Shown one piece after another: positions 31,408 through 40,976 of a stretch of DNA of 64,000 nt (position 1 is the first letter of the stretch; each line of letters opens with the position of its first letter). The position numbers and the translations under genes were made by a program. A model generated the notes under the pieces. That model was not told where the DNA came from, did not search any database, and saw only the letters and a list, made by a program, of their open reading frames with translations. The DNA is from a bacterium (GTDB lineage: Bacteria > SAR324 > NAC60-12): the NCBI GenBank assembly GCA_965205865.1, contig CBDBHR010000028.1, forward strand, positions 384,001 to 448,000. Reading direction: 5' to 3'.

Positions 31408-34400
31408 GTTTTTCCTCCAAAAGGTGGCGTGTGCTCCCGCACTTGCATTGGTTGGGTCAGGGCGTTGACCTCTAGCCAATAGTGCTGCACCTTGGTGACC
31501 TGGTGCCAGGGAAAGCGGGCGGGATTACTGACCGGCTCCTGAAGTTCAGGCGTGCTCGCGCAGTTGGTGACCACGTAGAGCCAGTAGCAGTCGGGACGGT
31601 CCTCGGCGACGCGCCGTTCATTCGGCGTGAGCAGGATGGTGCCGGTAGTGGCGGAGAGCCCCTTGACCTCGATCAAACGCAGTTCTCCGGATTCCACGTC
31701 GAGACTGGTCACATCGTAGCCCAGGTTTTTCTCGTGCACGTCGTATACCTGTCTACCCCGGACCTTTTCGTGCTCCATGACCAGCCGCATGGCGATCATT
31801 TCGGTCTCGGCGCTGGGTCGCAGGCGTCGCACCTCCGGGGAGTCAGCTTCCGGATGGGGCAGAACCAGGATGCTGGCCAAACGCTGGACTCCTTGTAGTG
31901 TCAGCGCTCGCTGCTGCGCAAGTTCCTGCCGACGCCGGTCACGTCGCGCCAGTGCTTCGTCATGACGGGCTTCCGCTTGTGAGAGGCGTCCCTCGGCACC
32001 GGAGACCTGTCTCTGCAAATCTTCGGCAGCGCGGCCTATTTCCTGGTCAAGGCGTTGCAGTACTTCGGTCAAAGAGAGTTCGACGTGTTCCGCGATGCGT
32101 TCGACCTCGGACAGTCGTTCCTTACGCACCTCGTCGATGAACGGTATCAAGGCATGCTCGGTCAACCAGTTGGTAGCCTGCGAAAGAGAGGTGACGTCAG
32201 GCAGATCGCTCGCTGGAACTACGGCGGGACTGAGGTTTCCCAGAATGTCCGGATCCCTCAAACGGGGTTGGCGGCCATCCCTTAATTCCACGGTGAACAG
32301 CCGTTCGTGAATGACGTGTCCCAGGCCGTCTACGACCTGCGCCCGGTAGAAATCGAGGCGCGCCGGAGCTTCGTGCCCCAGGGAATGAAAACAGGCGCCA
32401 CTGGCAAAAGCGTCCCGGGCAAGATCAAGGCCGTGCCGACGAAGAGATTCGAACAGTGGATGACCCGGGGTAACCCATTCGAGGTTGTGCTCGTCTGCCG
32501 CGTCCCGGTCCGTCGACAGGCGCGGATAACGAGTGGCCAACTGCGGGAGTTTCCAACCCGGTTCACGCTCGTACTTCTTCAAACAGGACGGTATACGCCC
32601 CGGGTCGAAGGTATGCTCCAGACCCTCTACCGGTTTCAGATCCAACCGCGCATTCCGGGCGCCTTCCTTGATGAAACGAGCAATCGTTTCAGGTACGACG
32701 CGCCGTTCCTGCGCCCGGGCACGGCGCTCGGTGAGCATCTCGAGATCAAGCTTTTTGGTAGCCAAGCCTTCCAGAGCCGTCTGGCAAATCGTGCGGAAAT
32801 GACCTTCATCCACATCCTTCAGAAGCCGGTCTTCGAGGTCAGCGTCGCCCAGCTTGCCCGAATAGTATTCTCGCAGCACACGTTCCACGTGGGCGGACGG
32901 CAAGACCTCACCCACGACGTTGAAAACCGAGTCGTCATCGAGGGCGTCACGGATCTCCTGCAGCTTGGCCAAGAGGCGCTGGAGCACCTGTCCCTCGATG
33001 GTGTTGGTGGCAACGAAGTTGAAAATCAGGCAATCGTTCCGCTGTCCGTAACGGTGGATGCGGCCCATGCGCTGCTCGAGCCGGTTCGGGTTCCAGGGGA
33101 TGTCGTAGTTGAAGAGAATGTGACAGCATTGGAGGTTGATGCCTTCGCCAGCCGCCTCGGTAGCCACCAGGATCTGGATGACACCTTCGCGGAATTGCTG
33201 TTCGGCGTAGAGCCGGGTACCCGGTTCGTCTTGCGAGCCGGGTTTCATGCCACCATGGATACAGCCGACGCTGAAGCCCCAGGCTTTCAAATGCTCCATC
33301 AGATGGCCGAGGGTATCCTTGAACTCGGTGAAGAGCAGCAATCGCTGATCGGGACGATCAAAGAATCCCTCATTCCGCATGATCTCACGAAGACGTTTGA
33401 GTTTCGCTTCTCTGCCCGCGCCTTCGACTGCTTTCGCCTCTTCGGCCAGCACCCGGAGTTCGGTGATCTCTTCACGTACCTGATGGGCGTTGCCGGCCAG
33501 CGTGATAGCCTCCAGCAGACGCTCCAGACGCTCGCGCTCGGCGTCCTCCAGTTCCTCGAGATCTTCCGGATCAGGAAGGTCCGGTGGCGCTATTCGCACC
33601 AACTCTTGGGCGCGCTTGAGACCATCCTGTAAACGTCTCGCCCGGTTCTCGAGCGACCGCCGCATGGCGAAGGTACTCGAGGCAAGACGCCTTTGGTAGA
33701 GCGACATCAAGAAACCGACGGCTCGCGCTCGCGGATCATCTTCCTGCGCAGCGGCACGGGCGCTCTGGCGTTTCACGAACCGTGTGATTTGCTGGTAGAG
33801 TTCGAACTCGGGACCGTCGATGGTGAAAGCGGCAGTGCGCGGGATACGTTTGGTGAAGACCGGTTTGGCAGTCCATGTTCCGTCCTGCAGACGTTCCGGA
33901 AAATAAACCATCGCTTCCTTGGCGCGACGCAGGTAGAAGGGCGCTCGCCTCCGATTCATGGCCTCGCGGATAGATTTCACGTCGGCGTATGCGTCCCGGT
34001 CGAGAAGTTGCAGGAACAATGTGAAATTCCCGGGGTCGCCCTTGTGGGGCGTGGCGGTCAACAGAAGCAAGTGATCGGTACTGTCACGCAGCAATTCCCC
34101 CAGCTTGTAGCGCATACTCTTATGGGTCTCGTCACGGGCCGACATGCGGTGCGCCTCGTCGACGATCACCAGGTCCCAGTGCGCCTGTCGTAGTCCGGGC
34201 AAGATATTGGCGCGCTTAGCCAGGTCGAGCGAGGTGATGATCTGCTTATGCTCCAACCACTGGTTGACGCCGAACTGCTCGCGGATATCGCCGCCCTTTT
34301 GAACGAGGAATTTCTCGTCGAACTTTTCCTTCAGTTCTCGCTGCCACTGGAAGGTCAGGTTTGCGGGGCATACCACCAGGACACGTTCGACGAGACCACG

Positions 34401-34841
34401 AAGCTTGAGTTCACGGACCAGCAGGCCTGCCATGATGGTCTTACCCGCCCCCGCATCGTCGGCGAGCAGGAAGCGCACGTTGGGCAGCTTGAGGAGGTGC
34501 TCGTAGACCGCTTCGAGTTGATGGGGCAGAGGGTCCACGCGCGAGATGGAAAGCCCGAAATAGGGGTCGAACTCGTGGGCGATACCGAGTGCATAAGCCT
34601 GAAGACCGATTCGCAGAAGCCGTCCGTCGCCGTCGTAGGAAAGAGTGGAGTCAGCGATGCTCAGGTTCGAGATATCAGCCGACGTCAGTGTAACCCTTCG
34701 GAATCGTTCCGATTGCTGACCAACGAGACCGGCATCCCAGGTGCCGGATCCGTTCGTGCGCACGGTTTCCACTCGCATCGGTTCATTGAACTGCGGGCCA
34801 GTCAGAACCTGTCCTTCCCGGATGGGGCTTTCGGTATCCAA
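31404..34841 (-). CDS. SNF2-family helicase with C-terminal DUF3883 PD-(D/E)xK nuclease
   Basis: LADDAGAGKT, VDEAH, TATPH, EQRMGRIHRYGQ, GYDV...IEVK. Confidence 0.93.
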   Translation of the reverse strand: MDTESPIREGQVLTGPQFNEPMRVETVRTNGSGTWDAGLVGQQSERFRRVTLTSADISNLSIADSTLSYDGDGRLLRIGLQAYALGIAHEFDPYFGLSISRVDPLPHQLEAVYEHLLKLPNVRFLLADDAGAGKTIMAGLLVRELKLRGLVERVLVVCPANLTFQWQRELKEKFDEKFLVQKGGDIREQFGVNQWLEHKQIITSLDLAKRANILPGLRQAHWDLVIVDEAHRMSARDETHKSMRYKLGELLRDSTDHLLLLTATPHKGDPGNFTLFLQLLDRDAYADVKSIREAMNRRRAPFYLRRAKEAMVYFPERLQDGTWTAKPVFTKRIPRTAAFTIDGPEFELYQQITRFVKRQSARAAAQEDDPRARAVGFLMSLYQRRLASSTFAMRRSLENRARRLQDGLKRAQELVRIAPPDLPDPEDLEELEDAERERLERLLEAITLAGNAHQVREEITELRVLAEEAKAVEGAGREAKLKRLREIMRNEGFFDRPDQRLLLFTEFKDTLGHLMEHLKAWGFSVGCIHGGMKPGSQDEPGTRLYAEQQFREGVIQILVATEAAGEGINLQCCHILFNYDIPWNPNRLEQRMGRIHRYGQRNDCLIFNFVATNTIEGQVLQRLLAKLQEIRDALDDDSVFNVVGEVLPSAHVERVLREYYSGKLGDADLEDRLLKDVDEGHFRTICQTALEGLATKKLDLEMLTERRARAQERRVVPETIARFIKEGARNARLDLKPVEGLEHTFDPGRIPSCLKKYEREPGWKLPQLATRYPRLSTDRDAADEHNLEWVTPGHPLFESLRRHGLDLARDAFASGACFHSLGHEAPARLDFYRAQVVDGLGHVIHERLFTVELRDGRQPRLRDPDILGNLSPAVVPASDLPDVTSLSQATNWLTEHALIPFIDEVRKERLSEVERIAEHVELSLTEVLQRLDQEIGRAAEDLQRQVSGAEGRLSQAEARHDEALARRDRRRQELAQQRALTLQGVQRLASILVLPHPEADSPEVRRLRPSAETEMIAMRLVMEHEKVRGRQVYDVHEKNLGYDVTSLDVESGELRLIEVKGLSATTGTILLTPNERRVAEDRPDCYWLYVVTNCASTPELQEPVSNPARFPWHQVTKVQHYWLEVNALTQPMQVREHTPPFGGKT

Positions 34842-35182
34842 TGGAGCTTTCCTTTCCTCAGATCTTTATTTTCAAAAAGTTCAGGACCCAGATTCTTGTA
34901 AGAGAAATGAATCCCCTTCACAAAAAGGAGGGACAATATTACCAGGGAAATATAACACGGATTCTATCGGGTTAACAATCGGAAACCATTTAACGTTATT
35001 TTCCCAGGTCTGAAGGCCGAAGTCTGAGACAAAATGCTGGAAACAAGAAATAATTCTGCAACGTTAAGGATTGTAAGAACCCGTTTTGTCAAATAATACA
35101 TTTGGCTGTGATTGTGATCGCTTTCCGGGTCTACCAGGCTGCCGTCATTGCGCAAGAGAATAAGAGACTATGATACGAGAGA

Positions 35183-35540
35183 TCATTGGATGCGCAAGGG
35201 GCTGATATATTCGTTCTCTTCTGTGATGCATCCTTCCAAGTGCTCGAGCGCCTCCGGAGTCTCGAGAATAAGGCCGAGCAACGTGTTGGCGTTAGCGTGA
35301 GCGCACGCTGCCGGTATATCAGGCGCCCCGTACATGCCAAACGCACGCTTTCCTTCGGGGTGGAATTTGGCAAACTCTATCAACCGCCGGGCCTCCGCTG
35401 CGCTCCTGATACTTGGTAGGATCAGACATTGACAGCCGTTGTCCAGCAATCTCGTGATGAAATGTTGCTCCAAGGCAGGAAGGCGTACCATCGGCGTGAC
35501 ACCAGCAAGATGAGCATAATGGACGGTCTCCTCGACTCGA
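35183..35540 (-). pseudogene. HpcH/HpaI aldolase fragment
   Basis: AGVTPMVRLP...RLLDNG...AKFHPEGKR...LILETPEALE; both termini missing. Confidence 0.7.
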
Positions 35541-35574
35541 ACTCCCTTATCTCATCTCTACCCCTTTCCTTGTT

Positions 35575-35684
35575 AATGAGGCTGAAAGTTCGGGCTGACC
35601 CAAGGTGATGGCAATCCCTTCATCCCCTTCCGACGAGCCGTTCTCAGGGTGGAAAGGAGTCGTAAGACTCCCGACCTGCCCGAC
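35575..35684 (+). mobile_element. degenerate group II intron remnant (collapsed domain V, domain VI)
   Basis: GAGCCG|TTCTCAGGGTGGAAAGGAGTC-GTAA-GACTCCCGACCTGCCCGAC at 35635-35684 resembles group II 3' ends; upstream aatgaggctgaaagttcgggctgacc may derive from domain I. Confidence 0.55.
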
Positions 35685-35739
35685 GGAAATATGAACTTAA
35701 ATTCCCAAAGTCACAGGCCTGACCCCGATTCCCTGATTT

Positions 35740-36696
35740 CTAAGAGAAGGGGTTGATCAGTCTGGAGAGGAAGCCGTTTTTGCGTTTCTTCGCGGTGCCG
35801 TAACTGCTCTGCCCCCCTTTTAATCGGGGATCCAGCAAGTCGCGCATGGCGTCGCCGAACATGTTCAGACTGTAACCGGTAATCGTCAGGGCAAGACCCG
35901 GCCAGAGAGCCAGCCATGGCGCCTGCTCCATGAACTTACGCCCGTCCCTGCTGAGCAGACTACCCCAGCTGGGAACATCCAGTGGCAGACCGAATCCGAG
36001 GAAGCTCAGAGAAGCCTCAGCCATAATCACTCCCCCGACGTTGATGCTGAAGATGATGATTACCGGAGCCGCAATATTGGGCAGCACATGGCGGATCAGG
36101 ATTTGGCTGGTGGGGGTGCCCAGGGCTTTGGCTGCCAGAAAATAGTCATTCTCTTTGACAGCAATAACGGCGCCTCTGACGACTCTTGAGCTGACGATGC
36201 CTCCGGTGACCCCCAGCACCACAATGATCTGGGGGAGACCCCGCTCCACGAGGGACATGATGGTCAACAAAAGCAGCAGCCCCGGGAAGGCCATCCAGGC
36301 ATCAACGAATCTCTGCACCACCAGGTCCACTTTCCCTCCCAGGAATCCGGAGAGACTGCCGATCAGGACCGCGATGAGCACATTAAGCGCCGTCGCGGCC
36401 AGACCGACAGTTAGCGAAATACGAGCGCCGTAGATAATACGGCTAAGGAAGTCTCGACCCAACTGGTCGTTACCAAGGAGATACTGGATTGATGGACCCT
36501 GCAGCCTGTCTACCAAATGTGGTTCATCAATTGGATAAGGGGCCAGAACATCGGCAAAGATAGCCACCAGAATCAATATCAATACGATAATCCCGCAGAC
36601 CATCCCCAGGGGCTTCTCCCGCCACAGCCTGATGAAGAAATCCGCAAACCGGCCCCGTCGCTTGGGCTCACGGATGGGGGAGGGTTTCTTATTCAT
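35740..36696 (-). CDS. peptide/nickel ABC permease (DppC-like)
   Basis: LGNDQLGRD, HVLPN, ASLSFLG. Confidence 0.92.
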   Translation of the reverse strand: MNKKPSPIREPKRRGRFADFFIRLWREKPLGMVCGIIVLILILVAIFADVLAPYPIDEPHLVDRLQGPSIQYLLGNDQLGRDFLSRIIYGARISLTVGLAATALNVLIAVLIGSLSGFLGGKVDLVVQRFVDAWMAFPGLLLLLTIMSLVERGLPQIIVVLGVTGGIVSSRVVRGAVIAVKENDYFLAAKALGTPTSQILIRHVLPNIAAPVIIIFSINVGGVIMAEASLSFLGFGLPLDVPSWGSLLSRDGRKFMEQAPWLALWPGLALTITGYSLNMFGDAMRDLLDPRLKGGQSSYGTAKKRKNGFLSRLINPFS

Positions 36697-37648
36697 ACCG
36701 CACCCTCGGGTCCAGATAGGGGTAAATCAGGTCAATCAGGAGATTGAGCAGCACCACCCCGGTGGCGAAAAACAGGTTGATTCCGGAGACCATCGGGTAG
36801 TCTCTGTCATTGAGTGCTGTCAGCATGAGATTACCCAACCCCGGCAGGTTGAAGATGTTCTCCATGATGACGGCGCCTCCCACCAGGATCGGCAACTGCA
36901 GGCCAATCAGGGTCACGACCGGGATGAGGGCATTCTTGACGGCGTGTCTCACGACAACCACCCGCTCCTTGAGCCCCTTGGACCAGGCCGTCCGGATATA
37001 GTCCTGCCGAAGCACCTCCAGCATCATGGTGCGCGTCATCCGCATGGTGGCGGCAGCCATGGCGGTCCCCAGAATCAGGCTGGGAATGAGGAACATTCCG
37101 AGATTGCCCAGCGGGTCCTCCGCGAAGGGAATGAGCCTCATCGGTGGCGACCAGCCCCACCAGAGTGCCGGGTAGATCATCACCATGATTCCCAACCAGA
37201 AGTTCGGCGTTACCAAGCCGATGATGGCGGCAGAGCGCCCCACGTAGTCGGCAGCGGTATCCTGCCGAATCGCCGAGTAAATGCCGACGGGCAGGGCGAT
37301 CAAGAGCGAGATGACGATGGCCAGGAGGCCAAGCTCGATGGTTACCGGCAATCTCCCGATTATGATCTCCTCTACCGCCCAACGGCCCATCAGGGATTTG
37401 CCAAGGGTGCCGTGCTGGAAAATATTTCCTATCCACCGTCCATATTGCACGTAGACGGGCACGTCCAGTCCCAGCCTATGCTCAAGAGCTTCACGGTCGA
37501 TCGTGCCGCCGGACATCAATTGCATCCTGCCCAACATTGCGTCTATGACATCGCCTGGGATGAAGCGGACGGAGAGAAAGACCAGGATGGACAATAGAAA
37601 CAGGGTGGGGATTACAAGCAATAACCGCCTGATGATATATGCTCTCAC
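36689..37648 (-). CDS. peptide/nickel ABC permease (DppB-like)
   Basis: MRAYIIRRLL, QDYIRTAWSKG, YPYLDPRVR. Confidence 0.92.
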   Translation of the reverse strand: MRAYIIRRLLLVIPTLFLLSILVFLSVRFIPGDVIDAMLGRMQLMSGGTIDREALEHRLGLDVPVYVQYGRWIGNIFQHGTLGKSLMGRWAVEEIIIGRLPVTIELGLLAIVISLLIALPVGIYSAIRQDTAADYVGRSAAIIGLVTPNFWLGIMVMIYPALWWGWSPPMRLIPFAEDPLGNLGMFLIPSLILGTAMAAATMRMTRTMMLEVLRQDYIRTAWSKGLKERVVVVRHAVKNALIPVVTLIGLQLPILVGGAVIMENIFNLPGLGNLMLTALNDRDYPMVSGINLFFATGVVLLNLLIDLIYPYLDPRVRYE

Positions 37649-37677
37649 TTAACATTCCTCAATGGCCTTGTTTCAAT

Positions 37678-37717
37678 GAGAAAGGGAGCTGGAACGTCTG
37701 AGTGCCCCAGCTCCCTC
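37678..37717 (-). terminator. stem-loop between the binding-protein and permease genes
   Basis: agggagctgg...ccagctccct followed by ttctc on the minus strand. Confidence 0.5.
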
Positions 37718-37735
37718 GATTCCTATCGCGGTAGG

Positions 37736-39526
37736 CTATTTGCCCATTTCCCGCTTCAGGTCCTGGTCAATCCAAATGCGAGAGAATATGGTGTTACGGT
37801 CGCCCCATCCCAGATCTACTTCGCCGTTGTAGCCCTTGACCCACGGCTGATTCACGTTAAACCATGGAACCTTGGGGCTCCACACGAGAAAGTGGTTCCG
37901 CGCCAGGTATAGATCTATCTCTCTCACCAGCCTCTGCTGCTCCTCCACCGTGGCCGCGGCCTTGGCCGCGTCGAACATGGCATCGTAGACCGGGTCCCGA
38001 AGTCCAGTATAGTTCTGTTGCCGCCCTGCGCTCGAGTGGTACAAACTCACTGTATGCGTGGCCTCGGCATCAATGGCGGCGAGCCACAAAAACATACCTT
38101 CATAGGTAAGTTCTTTCAAAGCGGCATAAAAAGCAGGATGGTCCAGTACGTTCATCTCGATGTCGACGCCAATCGCATCGAAGTAGGTGGCAGCCAATTG
38201 CGGGTAGTCCAAATCAAAGGTATCTATGAGTAGAAAGTCGGTCTTGAATCGAGTGCCGTCTGCGCCACGAGGATACCCCGCCTCATCAAGGAGCTGCTCC
38301 GCCCTTTGCGGGTTATACGTGTACTCCTCCTTCACATCGTCCGGCCACTCGTCGAACGGAACGCTGTAGCCAACGTGCGCATCTCCTAGCAGCGTTTGCG
38401 GGGTTGCGCTTGCATAACCCTTGTAGAACGTGTTGTTAATTGTCTCGAGGTCGAGCGCCAGCTGCATTGCTATGCGGACATTGACGTCGTTGAAGGGAGG
38501 CTCCATGAGTTTGAACGAGATAGCATTTTCCGCTCGTTGAAAGAATTGCGTAAGCTCGAGCTCTGGGTTGCTTTTGCTAAGCGCGTCTGCCCGATCGATA
38601 GAATCTATCTGAGCGCCGCAGCCGCCCGGCAGACCGATGTAATCTATGCTGCCTGATCGCAATCCGGCATCAATTGTTGCCGTGTCACTCATGAATAGGG
38701 CCGTTAGCTCGTCGATGTAGGGCAGGCGGTTCTCCGGATACTTTTCGTCGAAGCGCCAGTAGTCAGGATTCTTGGTCCACGTGATAGAGCTGCCCTCGAC
38801 GGCGTCGGTGAGCATGTAGGGCCCGGTGCCGACCGAATTTCTCCAGTCCTGCAGGTCGCCATGTTCCTCGATTACCTCGGGCGGGTAAACCCAACTGGAG
38901 TGGTGGACGAGGAGCGTATGCAGTAGACCCGATTGTGGCTCGGTCGTCTTGAATACAACCGTGTACCGATCGGTAGCCGTTATCGACTCAAATGGTATGT
39001 CCTTGAGAGCCTGACTGGGTGAACCTCCGGCTGCGGTGAATTCGCCCATACCCACCATGCGGTGCCAGTTAAAAACTACGTCCTCGGCGGTCAATTCCCT
39101 TCCATTCATTGGTGCCTTATCAAACCAGCGAACGCCCTCACGGATGCGGAAGACATAGGTGTTCGGGTCTGGTTGCTCCCAGCTCTCAGCCAGCGCACCT
39201 CCGATGACTGATACGGGCACGTAGGTCTTTCTTAAACTGAACTGGTCCCGATCGATTTCCCACCTGGCGATGCCGAGCTTCTCGGTAACGCCGGCCTGGG
39301 TGGAACCAGAGAAGCCACCGAACCAGCTGTCAACCATGATAGTCTTGCAGCCTCGATTGGCGAACGTCAATGTCCCACCATACGCCGGCTCGGTCACCAT
39401 CTTGCCGGTGGTGGGATCTTTGACCATCTTGGCTGCCCAGACCTGGCCAGCCATGAAGACGCTTGCTCCCATGATGAGAGCCAGCAGGGTTGCGCTCAAT
39501 TTTGAGCTGCTTTTTAGATTAAACAT
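37736..39526 (-). CDS. ABC substrate-binding protein, family 5
   Basis: YGGTL, LAESWE, GTGPY; signal peptide after MFNLK (GGAG RBS); in-frame upstream starts at 39634 and 39733. Confidence 0.9.
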   Translation of the reverse strand: MFNLKSSSKLSATLLALIMGASVFMAGQVWAAKMVKDPTTGKMVTEPAYGGTLTFANRGCKTIMVDSWFGGFSGSTQAGVTEKLGIARWEIDRDQFSLRKTYVPVSVIGGALAESWEQPDPNTYVFRIREGVRWFDKAPMNGRELTAEDVVFNWHRMVGMGEFTAAGGSPSQALKDIPFESITATDRYTVVFKTTEPQSGLLHTLLVHHSSWVYPPEVIEEHGDLQDWRNSVGTGPYMLTDAVEGSSITWTKNPDYWRFDEKYPENRLPYIDELTALFMSDTATIDAGLRSGSIDYIGLPGGCGAQIDSIDRADALSKSNPELELTQFFQRAENAISFKLMEPPFNDVNVRIAMQLALDLETINNTFYKGYASATPQTLLGDAHVGYSVPFDEWPDDVKEEYTYNPQRAEQLLDEAGYPRGADGTRFKTDFLLIDTFDLDYPQLAATYFDAIGVDIEMNVLDHPAFYAALKELTYEGMFLWLAAIDAEATHTVSLYHSSAGRQQNYTGLRDPVYDAMFDAAKAAATVEEQQRLVREIDLYLARNHFLVWSPKVPWFNVNQPWVKGYNGEVDLGWGDRNTIFSRIWIDQDLKREMGK

Positions 39527-39572
39527 ACGAGATTCTCCGTTTGGATGTTTAAAAATATTAAGGATTGATTTG

Positions 39573-39729
39573 AAACCTGCCTTCATGCCCGAAAGCACGT
39601 TCTCGACGATTTCTCTACTTTTTTGACGGTTCAAGGTGCTCCTTTCTGCTTTTTGATTAAAAACAAGATTGCGGGTTGCTTTAAAACCTGCTTTTGTTCC
39701 CGAAAGCACGTTCTCGACGATTGCTCTAC
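39573..39729. repeat. two 46-bp direct repeats, 111-bp period, in the leader of the binding-protein gene
   Basis: 39573-39618 versus 39684-39729, 41/46 identical. Confidence 0.85.
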
Positions 39730-39915
39730 ACATTGGGTCTCCTTCATTTTCAAGTGATCAAAAAACCGATTCATTGCCTCCAGGATTGGGCAATGAACCA
39801 TAAACCGACGCACTCAGGCGCCGATGATTTTCCAAATTCCCCATTGCCGTTCCCGGAACGGGGAACGAGGGATCTTAGGGATCTCTCCCTGATGTCGAGA
39901 TAAGATAAGGGGGTA

Positions 39916-40010
39916 GAACTTGGGATTGGGGACTTGTGACTTGTTGCTTGGAACTTATTACTGGGAACTGGGAACTGGGAACTGGGAACTTATTGGAACT
40001 GGGAACTGGG
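39916..40010. repeat. degenerate heptamer tandem repeat (GAACTGG)n, about 13 units
   Basis: gaactgg/gaacttg/ggacttg units read directly. Confidence 0.85.
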
Positions 40011-40231
40011 TGTTTAAGATTACTCTCATATCCACCTTATTATCAAGGGATTTTTTAAAAAGATGATTCATTTAATAATTGAGTATTTTCTTATGGTTTT
40101 TAAAGAGTTTACGGACATTTGGGAAGATAAGAATAATTTGATTATTCACTCATCCCTGAAGCTCATTCAATCTAACCTGTAGCAGCAATCATTTTTTTTA
40201 AAAAATCGTAAATATTCAGGTCTCTGAAAAA

Positions 40232-40655
40232 CCCGTTTAGTTCAATATCATTAAAAAAGATTCCCTGGGAGGACCGATCGTTTTCAATTCCTCTCACGAT
40301 ATTGTTCAATCGATCGGGAACCTTCTCTTTCACTGAAACAACTTAATGATGGCTTAAATACAGCACAAAACAACGCAATGTCAACCCCCTGAGGTAAAAT
40401 AAATGCGGGATTCGCAAAAAAAACAAAAAATCAATAAATCTGCTCAAATCCGGGGACAGTCAGAAGCCGTTCAGTTCAATATCGTTTAAAAAATTCCCGG
40501 AGAGGATCCATCTTTTTCACGTCCTCCCACGATATTATTCAATCGATCAAGCGGGAACCCTCTCCTTCCTTAAAACAACAAGGCATAATTTTAACACTTA
40601 AATACGCAGGGTCAAGCCCCAAATGAAATAAATGCAGGATTCGTAAAAAAAACGA
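40232..40655 (-). repeat. two tandem diverged ~190-200 bp non-coding units (period ~235 bp), each with a sigma70-like promoter and a copy of the 36-bp element; candidate sRNAs
   Basis: shared ccgtt.agttcaatatc...cacgatatt.ttcaatcgatc...gtcaa.cccc...aaataaatgc.ggattcg.aaaaaaaac; minus strand TTGACC-16-TAAAAT with a TG extension in unit 2 and TTGACA in unit 1. Confidence 0.7.
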
Positions 40656-40658
40656 TAA

Positions 40659-40809
40659 GGAATGAAATTTAAATAAGTCAGAAGTATGGATACGCAAATT
40701 TAGGGGACAGGTAACAGCAGGAAAACAGTAGAGTTGGGATGCCGCTGTACATGTCCCCCAATTTTGCTCACACCATTGGAAGAATTACAGGTTATTTAAG
40801 GTTTGTTCC
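40659..40809. mobile_element. MITE family 2, copy A (151 bp, TAA target duplication)
   Basis: imperfect TIR ggaatgaaatttaaataa / ttatttaaggtttgttcc, TAA on both sides; closely similar copy at 49909. Confidence 0.8.
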
Positions 40810-40976
40810 TAAATCAAAAAATCAAGGAAATCCGCTTCTTTATGATTATGAGCCAAAAAGCAATTGTCCGCTCCACAGTCTCAGACCATTCCTGATCGCT
40901 TGAGTTGCTTGGATACATAAATCTCCTTTTAAAAAATGGAAATTAGTAAACATGCAATTTTTTATCCAAACAGCTT

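Noticed and set aside
27208-31644. Helicase-end duplication as a simple assembly repeat
   Set aside because: 14 mostly synonymous differences and an in-frame join to a methylase-start copy argue for a real second allele; strain chimerism still needs a read check
16805-34841. Calling the locus BREX, DISARM or the complete four-gene restriction-like system
   Set aside because: No PglZ, DrmA/DrmB or recognisable DUF3780 gene; only the three-gene core is supported
17420-37597. Long antisense ORFs (e.g. 17420-18379, 20287-21303, 32307-33632, 36632-37597)
   Set aside because: Shadows of GC-rich genes on the opposite strand, with no recognisable motifs
39573-39729. Known tandem riboswitch (glycine, glutamine, guanidine-II)
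   Set aside because: The diagnostic consensus motifs were not seen; kept only as an unknown repeat
39886-39906. cctgatgtcgagataaga resembling the TIR of the MITE at 12517
   Set aside because: No convincing partner end or target duplication was found
16712-40230. Integrase, att sites or prophage delimiting the island
   Set aside because: No recombinase, phage gene, tRNA or boundary direct repeat was recognised
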